From positions 33,709-97,708 of the forward strand of contig NZ_JBPOGE010000009.1 of NCBI RefSeq assembly GCF_051252225.1: DNA of 64,000 nt. Direction: 5' to 3'. Source of the stretch: Rubritalea sp. (lineage in GTDB: Bacteria; Verrucomicrobiota; Verrucomicrobiia; Verrucomicrobiales; Akkermansiaceae). Shown piece by piece: positions 10,153 through 19,392 of this stretch. Positions within the stretch are counted from its first letter, which is position 1. Each line of letters begins with the position of its first letter. The notes under the pieces were generated by a model, which did no database searches, was not told the origin of the DNA, and worked only from the letters and a program-made list of their open reading frames with translations. The position numbers were made by a program, and so were the translations under genes.

Positions 10153-12876
10153 CTAGTCTATAGTGATACTAGCTGGAAGCGGACTGTGCACGAAGCGAGC
10201 ATGCTGGTGGCTGAGATCCCAGAACATGCTGGAAATAGTTGCATGTTGCTGTCGAAGACTAGATCTACGCTTGTATTCTCCTGCTTGTGTGGTCAATGCG
10301 TGCAATGCTTTATGGCTGGTTTTGATAGCAGATTTACGATCTCCCATCGCAAAATACACCTCTGCCAAGGAGTCTAAGTATGCTGGCTGGTTCGGCTGAA
10401 TCCGCAAGGCAATTTCAGAGTGACGCATAGAGTCTGGGAGATTCGACGTTGCGCGTGAACCAAGCCATGCTATCGTATTGTGCGTATTGTGAGCCTCTGG
10501 GAACATCTTGAGCTCATTCTCTAACTTCTCCCATGATGCGCGAAACCAACGGTCTCGTTCCTTCTTGAGGCTGACTTTTAAAAGGCTCGGGAAAAAGTGA
10601 TTGGCTAATACGCCGTCTCCCGTGAGAGAATTATGTGCGTAGTTGAGGAACTCTATAGCTTGCTTCCTTTTGCCGCTTTCTAGTAAAGCCATGCCGTAGG
10701 TGAAATTTGCCGCAAACCCGAGACGCAATGGAGTGATGGCCGAATTCAGGGGGTAAGCACTTGGATCCATATGGATAGCAGCCTCGACGATAGAAAATGC
10801 GGAGGCTTTTTTCCATTCCTCTTGGTTAATTAGTTGGTAAGAAAAATTGTTAATACTGCTGAGGGACATGAAGAATCCCCAGCTTGTAGAGGTAGAGCCC
10901 GCTAGATTTTGCATCCATACCTCCAGAGCCTCTTCTTGATAACCACATTCGTGAAATACCATGGCCATGTTATTAAGGATTTTCGCATCGCCTAGAGTGA
11001 GAGTCTTGGCGCGCTGGATTAGCTCTTGATAATCACCTTCCTTGCCAAGTTCTTTGTGAGCGAGTGCGTAGCGCGTTAAAGCAATAGGGTTATTTCTAAC
11101 GAACTCAGGCTGGAGCGCGTAGGAATCGATAATACCCTGCCAGTCTAATTGGAGTGTTGCCGCTTCTCTATATTTGGTGATGTAGTGCTCGGTTTCGACA
11201 TCTAAGGCTGTAAGCTGTTTGTAGTAATTGAGCATTTGCACGTAATCGCCCCTTTGCTCGGCGGCGTAGGCTAGAGCTTCGATGAGCTCTAGGCGCTCGG
11301 CCGCTTCGTAGTCTTTAGCGTTTTCTCGTAACTGCTTTTCTAGGGTGGCTCCCTCGGACGAACTGCGTGGGAGTGACATGAGTGTGCAGAGTTCTCTGAA
11401 CTGCTCTTGCTTGCCTTGGTTGTGCTTTGCTAGCTCTTCCCAGAGTTTATCCACATCTGGAGAATCCCCGAAAATCCTATTACTCAGAATATGGAGGTCT
11501 TCATCACTCGGTTTAGATTCATAGATGAATTTGAGCATGAGCTCGGCCATTCCATATTGTGGCATATTGGCTAGAGTATCACGCCAGCTCTCTTCATCGT
11601 TTTTTCTAACTGCTTGAAGGTATTCTTTGTAGATGAAGCCAGCCTCCTCCTTTTTACCTCTCTGGTAGTAAAATCTAGCGAGGCTCTCGATCTTGCTATC
11701 CGATTCGTGGTCGAGATGGTTTTGGTCTAAATCGAGTTCAAGTGAGATTTGTTGCACGACCCATTTCTGAAACGATGCGTAGTCAAGGTTTGGATCCGGG
11801 CAGCCAAACAAGCGAAGCTCCTGAGCTGATGATTCGAGCCCCTGATAGTATCCGCTAGCTAGTGACTTACTGGCTAGTTCAAGTAGAGACTCACCAGTGC
11901 TGCGCTGACCTAAAAGCATCGAGATAGCACTTTGGTAGAGTAGTAGGGTGTCGTCCTGTGGGTCATCTAGTGACTGAGTGAACTCCGCTGCTAAATCAGT
12001 GCTATTTTTTTGGTAGGTGCTTTTAAGGGTCTTGAGCGCATTCCTATGTAGATCTTCATGACTACGCTCGATCAATTCGTTTAAGATGAGATGTGGGTTA
12101 CCCTCGAGCATCGCTATCACACTGAGAATAGCGTCGAGACGCTGGTCTTGGGCAAATTCTTTGAGCAGAGCTATATCCCCTTTGGTCTGTAGGAGTGTGA
12201 GCTTCCAAAGTTGGCGCTCGGCATTCATCTCTTGTGCTTCGAGCTGTTCGAGTTCTTGGTCGAGTTGACCATTCTGTTTCAGCAGGTGCGCCAGAGCCCG
12301 TAGATTAAATTCCTCATAGGGTGCTAGCCGTAGGATAGAGATGGCTTCGTCAATTCTCCCTTCTGTGAGCTCAGAGTATGCCGCGGCTCTCGCTAGCTGG
12401 CGAATGCTGTGCTCGCGGCTTAATTTTTTGCGTACGGCATCATCCTTTTCGTTGCGCAGTAGATACAAGGCCTGCTTATAGGCTCTGAGCTCTCGCAGTG
12501 ATTCTAGTGCCTCAATTTTCGAATGCAGTGATTGGCTGTTGTTGTATTCAGCAATCGCCTGCAGCACGGCTTTGTTTGTCGTCGGGAAAATTCCAGCCTC
12601 GATATTCTGAATTAGCATGGTTGCTCTTGAGGCTAGCTCTGGGTCATCTGAGGCGCTGACGGACTTCAAATGTGGCAACATCACATCACCGAGCTCCCAT
12701 ATTGTACGAGTCGCCGATTCGCGTTCACTAAAACTACCTGAGCCGAGCTGCTTAAGGAGCTGCATATCTAATAGTTCCACATTTTCTGTGGCCGATTCAG
12801 TAATGGTCGGCGCTGATGCTACTAGAGAAGTGTGCGCGCACAGCAAAAGAAACTGTATGTGGTAGATGGGCTTCAT
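10153..12876 (-). CDS. Large exported alpha-helical (HEAT/TPR-like) protein
   Basis: Signal peptide; N-terminal LGSGSFSERESATRTI...DDPEL..RA HEAT-like unit; C-terminal TPR-like AYLDSLAEVYFAMGDRKSAI. Confidence 0.6.
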   Translation of the reverse strand: MKPIYHIQFLLLCAHTSLVASAPTITESATENVELLDMQLLKQLGSGSFSERESATRTIWELGDVMLPHLKSVSASDDPELASRATMLIQNIEAGIFPTTNKAVLQAIAEYNNSQSLHSKIEALESLRELRAYKQALYLLRNEKDDAVRKKLSREHSIRQLARAAAYSELTEGRIDEAISILRLAPYEEFNLRALAHLLKQNGQLDQELEQLEAQEMNAERQLWKLTLLQTKGDIALLKEFAQDQRLDAILSVIAMLEGNPHLILNELIERSHEDLHRNALKTLKSTYQKNSTDLAAEFTQSLDDPQDDTLLLYQSAISMLLGQRSTGESLLELASKSLASGYYQGLESSAQELRLFGCPDPNLDYASFQKWVVQQISLELDLDQNHLDHESDSKIESLARFYYQRGKKEEAGFIYKEYLQAVRKNDEESWRDTLANMPQYGMAELMLKFIYESKPSDEDLHILSNRIFGDSPDVDKLWEELAKHNQGKQEQFRELCTLMSLPRSSSEGATLEKQLRENAKDYEAAERLELIEALAYAAEQRGDYVQMLNYYKQLTALDVETEHYITKYREAATLQLDWQGIIDSYALQPEFVRNNPIALTRYALAHKELGKEGDYQELIQRAKTLTLGDAKILNNMAMVFHECGYQEEALEVWMQNLAGSTSTSWGFFMSLSSINNFSYQLINQEEWKKASAFSIVEAAIHMDPSAYPLNSAITPLRLGFAANFTYGMALLESGKRKQAIEFLNYAHNSLTGDGVLANHFFPSLLKVSLKKERDRWFRASWEKLENELKMFPEAHNTHNTIAWLGSRATSNLPDSMRHSEIALRIQPNQPAYLDSLAEVYFAMGDRKSAIKTSHKALHALTTQAGEYKRRSSLRQQHATISSMFWDLSHQHARFVHSPLPASITID

Positions 12877-12949
12877 GAACTACTTGCCAAGCAGTACTCT
12901 ATATTATCGATACTTTCAAATGGCTAATTCGATCATGCCCTAAAAACAG

Positions 12950-12984
12950 AAAAGACCGACCCAGTTTCCTGAATCGGTCTTTTT
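12950..12984 (-). terminator. Intrinsic terminator after the Lys/Ala-rich protein gene
   Basis: AAAAGACCGA...TCGGTCTTTT stem with T tract. Confidence 0.7.
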
Positions 12985-13008
12985 GATAAATCTAATTAGT
13001 AAGAAAGC

Positions 13009-13248
13009 TTACTCTTCAGTTTTTTCCTCAACTTTTTTAGCTGCTGTCTTCTTAGCTGCTGTTTTCTTAGTAGCTTTCTTAGCTGCTGTTTTCTTAGTAG
13101 CTTTCTTAGCTGCAGGCTTTGCCTCTGTAGCTGGCTTTGCCACCTTCTTTACCGAAGATTTCGCCGCTAATGCTGCATTTGCTTTTTGACGACGAAGATA
13201 CTGCTTACGACGACGACGTTTGATTACTTTGTTGAATTGCTGTCCCAT
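13009..13248 (-). CDS. Small basic protein with histone H1-like Lys/Ala repeats
   Basis: Likely start MGQQ at 13248. Arg-rich N-terminus (KRRRRKQYLRRQK) followed by AAKK(A/T)TKK repeats. Confidence 0.75.
   Translation of the reverse strand: MGQQFNKVIKRRRRKQYLRRQKANAALAAKSSVKKVAKPATEAKPAAKKATKKTAAKKATKKTAAKKTAAKKVEEKTEE
13035..13111 (-). repeat. Coding tandem repeats (27-nt unit and 15-nt sub-units) for KKTAAKKAT
   Basis: TTCTTAGCTGCTGTTTTCTTAGTAGCT repeated on the + strand. Confidence 0.85.
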
Positions 13249-13432
13249 AATATATGTGAGATGCATTTAATCTTTACCAAGCAGGTCTAGCAAGACGAAA
13301 AATTGCGAGACCTTACAATGCTTCCAGTGTTGACCACAGGCTCTCCTGCGAGTAGCTGTGTGCTGTGAGCGAGATCTTCGAGAAGAAGACAGATTCACAA
13401 CCCATTTTAACTTACTGAATTTCAATTACATC

Positions 13433-14596
13433 ATGGCTGGACTAATTATCAAACCTCGCTCCCGCATATACCACGGTCACGACTGGGTCTATTCATCTGA
13501 GATTCAGAAAACCTTTGGAGCTCCAGAGCCTGGCGATGTCATCTCTCTGAAAGATTTCCGCGATCGCCCACTAGGAACTGCGATTTATAATCCTGATTCC
13601 CAGATCGTAGCTCGCCGTATTTCCCGCCGTAAGCAAAAGCTCGACCAAGAATTTTTCGAACGCCGTATTCAGCAAGCAATTGACGTGCGTGAGCGCGCTG
13701 AAGGAGTGGATATGAAGCTTTGTCGTCTTGTCTGGAGTGAATCTGACGCCCTTCCCGGTGTTATTGTAGACTGCTATGGTGACCATTTAGTGCTGCAGAC
13801 TCTGACGCTTGCTATGCACCAGCGCAGAGATATTATCGTGGCTGCTCTACTTACATTGCTCGAGCCAAAAACTATCATTCTCAGAAATGACTCCCCTATG
13901 CTCAAGGCTGAAGGTATTGAGCAAGAAGTCACACTACTCCATGGCGAGAACCCTGGACCTTTTGTTGTCGACGCCAATGGCGTACTTTTCGAAGTAGACC
14001 TACTAGATGGACAGAAGACGGGCCTCTATCTCGATCAGCTCGATGCGCATGCCGCCATCGCGAAACTCGCTAAAGGTAAAAAGGTGCTCGATGTATTCTG
14101 TAATCAAGGTGGCTTCGCACTCGCTTGTGCCAAGGCTGGTGCTGCTAGCGTGACTGCTGTGGATGTTTCAGAAAGCGCTATCGCAGCGACTAATCGTAAT
14201 GCTGAACTCAATGGTGTTGAAATCGAAGCGATCAAACACAACGCTTTCGACTTCCTAAAGCATCACGAAGAGACGTACGACCTGATTATTCTGGATCCCC
14301 CATCGTTCACTCGCAACAAGAAGACTCTCAATGACGCAATGCGTGGCTATAAAGAAATCCACCTTCGCGGACTGAAACTCCTCAACCCGAACGGAATTAT
14401 TTCGACCTATTGTTGTTCTCACCATGCTACACGTGAGCTTTTCCTTCAAAATGTGGTGCAAGCATCCGTCGACGCTAAACGCACACTGCGTATGATTATG
14501 AACCACGGTCAACGACTTGATCACCCAGTCCTTCCTGCGATTCCTGAAACAGAATACCTCAAAGGCTTCACCTTTGAATTAGCACCATCCCGCTAA
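13433..14596 (+). CDS. RlmI-like class I SAM-dependent rRNA methyltransferase
   Basis: Likely start MAGLII at 13433. PUA-like HDWVYSSEI, GQKTGLYLDQ, LDVFCNQGGF, ILDPPSF. Confidence 0.9.
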   Translation: MAGLIIKPRSRIYHGHDWVYSSEIQKTFGAPEPGDVISLKDFRDRPLGTAIYNPDSQIVARRISRRKQKLDQEFFERRIQQAIDVRERAEGVDMKLCRLVWSESDALPGVIVDCYGDHLVLQTLTLAMHQRRDIIVAALLTLLEPKTIILRNDSPMLKAEGIEQEVTLLHGENPGPFVVDANGVLFEVDLLDGQKTGLYLDQLDAHAAIAKLAKGKKVLDVFCNQGGFALACAKAGAASVTAVDVSESAIAATNRNAELNGVEIEAIKHNAFDFLKHHEETYDLIILDPPSFTRNKKTLNDAMRGYKEIHLRGLKLLNPNGIISTYCCSHHATRELFLQNVVQASVDAKRTLRMIMNHGQRLDHPVLPAIPETEYLKGFTFELAPSR

Positions 14597-14608
14597 TTAA
14601 GATCTTGA

Positions 14609-14641
14609 GATGATGGTTAGTGAAATCAGCTAACCATCATC
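14609..14641 (+). other. Intergenic 12-bp hairpin without a T tract
   Basis: GATGATGGTTAG-TGAAATCAG-CTAACCATCATC between the methyltransferase and PHP genes. Confidence 0.5.
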
Positions 14642-14671
14642 ACACACTCTGAAATTCCAAACGACAATGCG

Positions 14672-15472
14672 ATGCCAGCTGATTACCACACGCACACACC
14701 CCTCTGTATGCATGCAGAGGGAGAACCCGAGCAATACATTGATGCTGCAATAGCGGCTGGTGTGACTGAATATGGGATTTCAGACCATGCTCCAGTGGGT
14801 GAAGAGTTTTTCGATGACTGGCGGATGCTTGAATCTCAATTGCCCGAGTACTTTTCCTGGGTAGAACGCGCTAAGGCACACGCTGGAGATAAACTTCCTG
14901 TCCGCGTCGGTATGGAATGCGATTGGCTTCCAGGCTGCGAGAGCTGGATTCAAGACCTACGCTCACGATACGACTGGGATTACCTCATTGGCTCCGTGCA
15001 TTACATCAATGATCAATGGGATTTCGATAACCCAAAATGGGTGGGCTCAAAATGGGCAGAAGCAGATATCGACCAGGTTTGGGAAACCTACTGGAGCACC
15101 TACATTGACATGATTGACAGTGGCTTGTTTGATATTTTCGGACATCCCGATCTCATTAAGAAATTTGGTCACAAGCCAGCTGGAGATTTGAGTCGCTTTT
15201 ACGAACCAGCGATCGATGCGCTCGCCACCTCCGGAGCCATCATCGAGCTCAATACCGCTGGCTGGCACAAACCCTGTGCCGAACAATACCCTCACAGCGA
15301 ATTCCTAGAACTCGCTCGCGATGGTGGTATAGGTCTCGTTATCTCCTCAGATGCCCACCACCCAGCGGAAGTGGCCCGGGATTTTGAAAAAGCCAAAGCT
15401 GTCGCGAAGGCTGCGGGCTACATGGAGACTGTACTCATCGATAAGGGTCAGCGAAGCTACGAAAACCTTTAG
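14672..15472 (+). CDS. PHP-family histidinol-phosphate phosphatase (HisJ-like)
   Basis: DYHTHT, SDHAP, GMECD, GSVH, GHPD, SSDAH metal-binding motifs. Confidence 0.85.
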   Translation: MPADYHTHTPLCMHAEGEPEQYIDAAIAAGVTEYGISDHAPVGEEFFDDWRMLESQLPEYFSWVERAKAHAGDKLPVRVGMECDWLPGCESWIQDLRSRYDWDYLIGSVHYINDQWDFDNPKWVGSKWAEADIDQVWETYWSTYIDMIDSGLFDIFGHPDLIKKFGHKPAGDLSRFYEPAIDALATSGAIIELNTAGWHKPCAEQYPHSEFLELARDGGIGLVISSDAHHPAEVARDFEKAKAVAKAAGYMETVLIDKGQRSYENL

Positions 15473-15578
15473 CGCTGATCAGCGTATTTCCCTTGCTTGA
15501 GCCGGGGATCGCCCTAGCTTCGCGCTATGTTTTTCAAAACCCTTTGTGCTCCGTGCCCACTATTAGTGGGCGGTTTAC

Positions 15579-16088
15579 TTGAGTGATGCTCCTAAGTTTG
15601 AGCATGTGCGGTATAAACCACCGACTGAGCTCGATCAGCCGCGGCCTCTTATTATTGCCTGCTCGCCCCTGCGCAGCAATGTGAACCTCTCCACTATTCT
15701 TCGTACAGCTGGCTGCTGTGGAGTGACAGAAGTCATCGCCACTGGGAGCGCGAAAGTGAATCCTAAGATCGCTCGAGATGGCGCGGAGAATGTGAAGCTC
15801 ACGGTAAAACGGAGCTTAGTCCCGGTCTTAAAAAAGTTGAAGCTTGATGGCTATAAGCTCGTCGGACTTGAGCAAACGACGAATTCGAGCAAGCTAGGGA
15901 CCTACCGCTTCCCACACAAATGTGTCTTAGTGATAGGCTCTGAGCGAGAAGGCTTAGCTCAAGACAGCTTAGACCTGCTCGATGCTGTCGTAGAGATCCC
16001 TATCTGGGGGCTTCCCTTCAGCTACAATGTAGCCACAGCCACGAGCATGTGCGTGTTAGAATACTGCATGCAGTACCCTGAGGGGTAG
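15579..16088 (+). CDS. SpoU/TrmH-family RNA methyltransferase
   Basis: NLSTILRTA, IGSEREGL, EIP, SYNVATA SPOUT motifs. Confidence 0.9.
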   Translation: MSDAPKFEHVRYKPPTELDQPRPLIIACSPLRSNVNLSTILRTAGCCGVTEVIATGSAKVNPKIARDGAENVKLTVKRSLVPVLKKLKLDGYKLVGLEQTTNSSKLGTYRFPHKCVLVIGSEREGLAQDSLDLLDAVVEIPIWGLPFSYNVATATSMCVLEYCMQYPEG

Positions 16089-16098
16089 AACGCGCTAC

Positions 16099-17619
16099 TT
16101 AGTCGTTATCGACTAACTTAATCGCGTCTTTATCGACAAGATGGATACTAAAGGTATGTGGGTTTTCAACAAGCTTTCCAGTAGCTATTATATTTTGGTT
16201 CAGTAGCTTATGCCTGAGTTCTGGGAGTTTTAACTCGGGATAAAACTTGTCTGTGTCCGCTGACATACAGATTGTGCCCTTGCGGGATTTTGCTGAAGTG
16301 AATGTAAGGACGTAGAGGTTGCCTTTTGCGATAATGATATCCTTGAGCACACCTTTGAGCAGCACTTCCTCACCAACATGCGCTTTGGCTTTTTTGACAT
16401 CCTTATATTTAAGGATAACTCCTGTTTCTGGAATATCAGAAGTGTCTACTGAGATCTCGTCTACAGCTTCCTCCTGAGTCTTTTTCTCAGCTTCTTGCTG
16501 CGCCACCATCTTAGCTTCTTGCTGGATACTTTGCTGCTTCGCCTTCTGCTTCTTTGAGGCTTCTTTCTTTGCCGTATTACGTGGCTGGCTATCGATGTCC
16601 TCCAGCTCATATTCAGAAACCACTTCAAAGCCACCCTCATCATCAGAGCCCTGACTAAATATGTACGCGCCACCAGCTAGCACAAGACATGCTAAGACTG
16701 CGATGAGTAACACAGGTGGTTTGCTCTTTGTGGCCACAGGGAGCGAAGTCACCCCTGCTACTGCCGGTGCCGTGTCCTCGGTTTCGTCTGTGGCTAACTC
16801 TTCAGAAAGACCAGCAAAAGCAACTGCTTGAGCAACAGGATTTTCTGGTGCCGCTGTTTGGATGATTTGAGCAACCGGCTGTGGCTCAGGAGTCATTGCG
16901 ATCAGTGCGTCTAAAGCTACTTGTGCGCTGGCATAGCGTTGTTGTGGATCATCGTGAACCATCGCGGCATTCCACGCGCTGAATGCTGGGTCTGCGGCTA
17001 AATCCCCCGCTGCTACTTCTAATGTCTTCCCTAAGCAAAACAGATCAGACTGAGCAGAAGCGTGTTCGCGAGCGATCAGCTCAGGAGCCGTGAAACCATC
17101 ATTCTTAAAATGGTTCACACCATATTTACAGCGCAGTGCTCGGATAGGGTCCCAGGTGATCACCCATGGAGACTTGTGTTCCGCATTGGTGTAGAAAAGT
17201 GAATCTGGAGCTAGTTTTGCCTGTAGGACTCCCATCGCATGTAGACTTACAAATCCTTCGAGAACAGACTTTGCTATTTCATAAGTGAGCTCTAGTCCTA
17301 GTCCAGTACGCTCATACAGTTGCTCCTTTAGGGAGCTGACTTCGATTTGCTCAAAAATGGTACAAGCCTTGCCATCGCATGGGTCTAGACCACCATCCAT
17401 GATAGATCTAACACTCGGTATATTCTGTCCGCTAAATTCACTGATGAGTTGGGTGAATTTCTCTGACCACCCATCTACTTTCCCTATCTCAGAAGAATCA
17501 TCAGTCATATAACGTTTGATCAGGCACTGTTGACCAGATTCCTTCTCAATGGCGCTATAGATCACAAATAACGGAGCTTGCTCCACCATCTCCTCAATCT
17601 GGTAATTCTCTTCAATCAT
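16099..17619 (-). CDS. Membrane-anchored protein-kinase-fold protein (probable pseudokinase)
   Basis: LIK lysine, FTAPE and SDLF.LG retained; HRD and DFG absent. Single TM, then an extracytoplasmic domain. Confidence 0.65.
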   Translation of the reverse strand: MIEENYQIEEMVEQAPLFVIYSAIEKESGQQCLIKRYMTDDSSEIGKVDGWSEKFTQLISEFSGQNIPSVRSIMDGGLDPCDGKACTIFEQIEVSSLKEQLYERTGLGLELTYEIAKSVLEGFVSLHAMGVLQAKLAPDSLFYTNAEHKSPWVITWDPIRALRCKYGVNHFKNDGFTAPELIAREHASAQSDLFCLGKTLEVAAGDLAADPAFSAWNAAMVHDDPQQRYASAQVALDALIAMTPEPQPVAQIIQTAAPENPVAQAVAFAGLSEELATDETEDTAPAVAGVTSLPVATKSKPPVLLIAVLACLVLAGGAYIFSQGSDDEGGFEVVSEYELEDIDSQPRNTAKKEASKKQKAKQQSIQQEAKMVAQQEAEKKTQEEAVDEISVDTSDIPETGVILKYKDVKKAKAHVGEEVLLKGVLKDIIIAKGNLYVLTFTSAKSRKGTICMSADTDKFYPELKLPELRHKLLNQNIIATGKLVENPHTFSIHLVDKDAIKLVDND

Positions 17620-17929
17620 GAAATTTTTTCTACAATTCTCCCTGTAGTTTTATGGGGGGCAATAACAACTAACAGATGTCTAGGCGGATAGTTAGCTCCT
17701 AGAATAATGACATCAAGAGTAAATGCCATCATCGCCCCATTTACTCACCCTTCAGTAGGGTTAACTTTGCGTTTTATACAACTTTATCCTCGCCATCACG
17801 GACCTCACTTTTTATGAGTGAGAGTGATCTCAGCATGTGTCGCTCAGTCATTGTTTTACTACTGTCGCACCCACGTGCGCCCCCCATTCCATTTCACTCT
17901 AAACGCGCCACTCTCCGACCATCCTCAAC

Positions 17930-18276
17930 ATGCCCGCTCAAAGAAGACTGCTAAAAAATCCGCTCAGGCGAAACCGACCAAATCCTTCGCGGAATCTCTC
18001 TTGGAAACCGAGACCAAGCTCCGCGGTTCCGTCGAGTCCTCGGACGTGCGCGTCGCCGACACTGCCAACTACGCCTGGATTCTCTCCAAGGTCTCCAAGG
18101 TCTCCGAGCACGGGGTCGTCGGCTTCGTGCTTGTCAACGGCTCCATATCGACCAACACCAAAGGCGAAGGCGCGATCCGTCAGAAGATCGTCGAGAACTA
18201 CCTCGTCGACTGCATGATCGCTCTTAGTTTGTTCCGGTCATTAATGCGATTCTCTTTCCACCCGTCTCTCAACTAA
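17930..18276 (+). pseudogene. hsdM: Type I R-M methyltransferase (HsdM) relic, frameshifted after MPA and internally deleted
   Basis: N-terminal SFAESLLETETKLRGSVESS joined directly to ANYAWIL...GVVGFVLVNGSISTNTKGEGAIRQKIVENYLVDCMIAL. No NPPF/Y motif. Similarity lost after ~18225. Confidence 0.8.
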
Positions 18277-18294
18277 GCTTTTAGTCGCATACTT

Positions 18295-19392
18295 ATGGAC
18301 GCCCAGCTAACTACATCAAATCCTGAAGCCCAGAAAGCAGGCGACGTCTCTAAATCAGAAACGACAGGGATAAGTGCGGATGCCGCTATAGGAACACCGG
18401 TTGATGATCCCTCAAACATGCAGAAGCGAGACGAGGTTCTCGATAGTATTGGACGAAACGGATTAGTCGTTGTTATCGGTGCGGGCGTCTCGCTTCAATC
18501 GGTTGGTCATCCGGGGCAATCAACTGATGTCGCAGGCTGGCCTGGACTTTTGACCCACGGAGTGGAACACTGCTTGAAGCATCAACTTCTCGTTGCTGAC
18601 GAGGCGAATCTTGTTAGGGAGCAGATCAGGATAGGCACCAACAATGGCAAAACCGACTATCTAATCGAAGCAGCTCAAAGAATTCACGACAGCCTAGATA
18701 AGAGAACCAACGGGCGTTATTGGTGGCTTCATGATTCAATCGGTCAACTTACGGTAAAAGAACCCCGTCTGATTCGGGCGATTCAAGGGATGGGAGGCCT
18801 AGTCACGACTCTGAATTATGACAGTCTTGTGGAAGATGTCACCGAATGGCGCCCTATTGAATGGCATCAACGGACTGAGGTTACACGCTGTATGCACGAC
18901 CGAGAGAGGGACGTAGTACTGCACCTCCACGGATTTTGGAAAAACCCCGATTCAATTATTCTGGATCGACTATCGTATGAAAAAATTAGCGTTCACGAGG
19001 ATACCCGCGATCTCCTTCGCGACTTTTCTCGGAACTACACACTTCTTTTTGTTGGGTGTGGCGACACTTTCTTCGACCCGAATTTCCAGACATTACTTCG
19101 TTGGGCGAGAGATGCGCTTCAGGGAGTTCAACATAGGCACTATATTTTGTGTAGGCAGTCAGATGAGCCGGGGCTCTTCAACTCACTTCAGGAACATGGT
19201 TATCTGGACACCCTAGTCTACGGAGACAGCTATGATTCCCTCAGTCCTTTTTTAGAAGAAATTGGAAAAGAGAGTGGAACATCGTCTGAAGCAACCAATC
19301 CTCCGCTTGTCCCAGTCACAGGATTGAAAGCTGACTCAATTTCAAAACCACTAAAGCCCTTCGATATATGGAAACTCCAAACGCAACGCTGA
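18295..19392 (+). CDS. SIR2-like (NAD+-cleaving, defence-type) domain protein
   Basis: VIGAGVS, WPGLL, TTLNYD, VLHLHG, LLFVGCG..DPNF. The Asn and His typical of active SIR2 NADases are present. Confidence 0.88.
   Translation: MDAQLTTSNPEAQKAGDVSKSETTGISADAAIGTPVDDPSNMQKRDEVLDSIGRNGLVVVIGAGVSLQSVGHPGQSTDVAGWPGLLTHGVEHCLKHQLLVADEANLVREQIRIGTNNGKTDYLIEAAQRIHDSLDKRTNGRYWWLHDSIGQLTVKEPRLIRAIQGMGGLVTTLNYDSLVEDVTEWRPIEWHQRTEVTRCMHDRERDVVLHLHGFWKNPDSIILDRLSYEKISVHEDTRDLLRDFSRNYTLLFVGCGDTFFDPNFQTLLRWARDALQGVQHRHYILCRQSDEPGLFNSLQEHGYLDTLVYGDSYDSLSPFLEEIGKESGTSSEATNPPLVPVTGLKADSISKPLKPFDIWKLQTQR

Noticed and set aside
17818-18276. 152-aa and 95-aa ORFs as intact genes
   Set aside because: They are two frames of the hsdM relic. 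The upstream part of the 152-aa ORF is non-homologous read-through.
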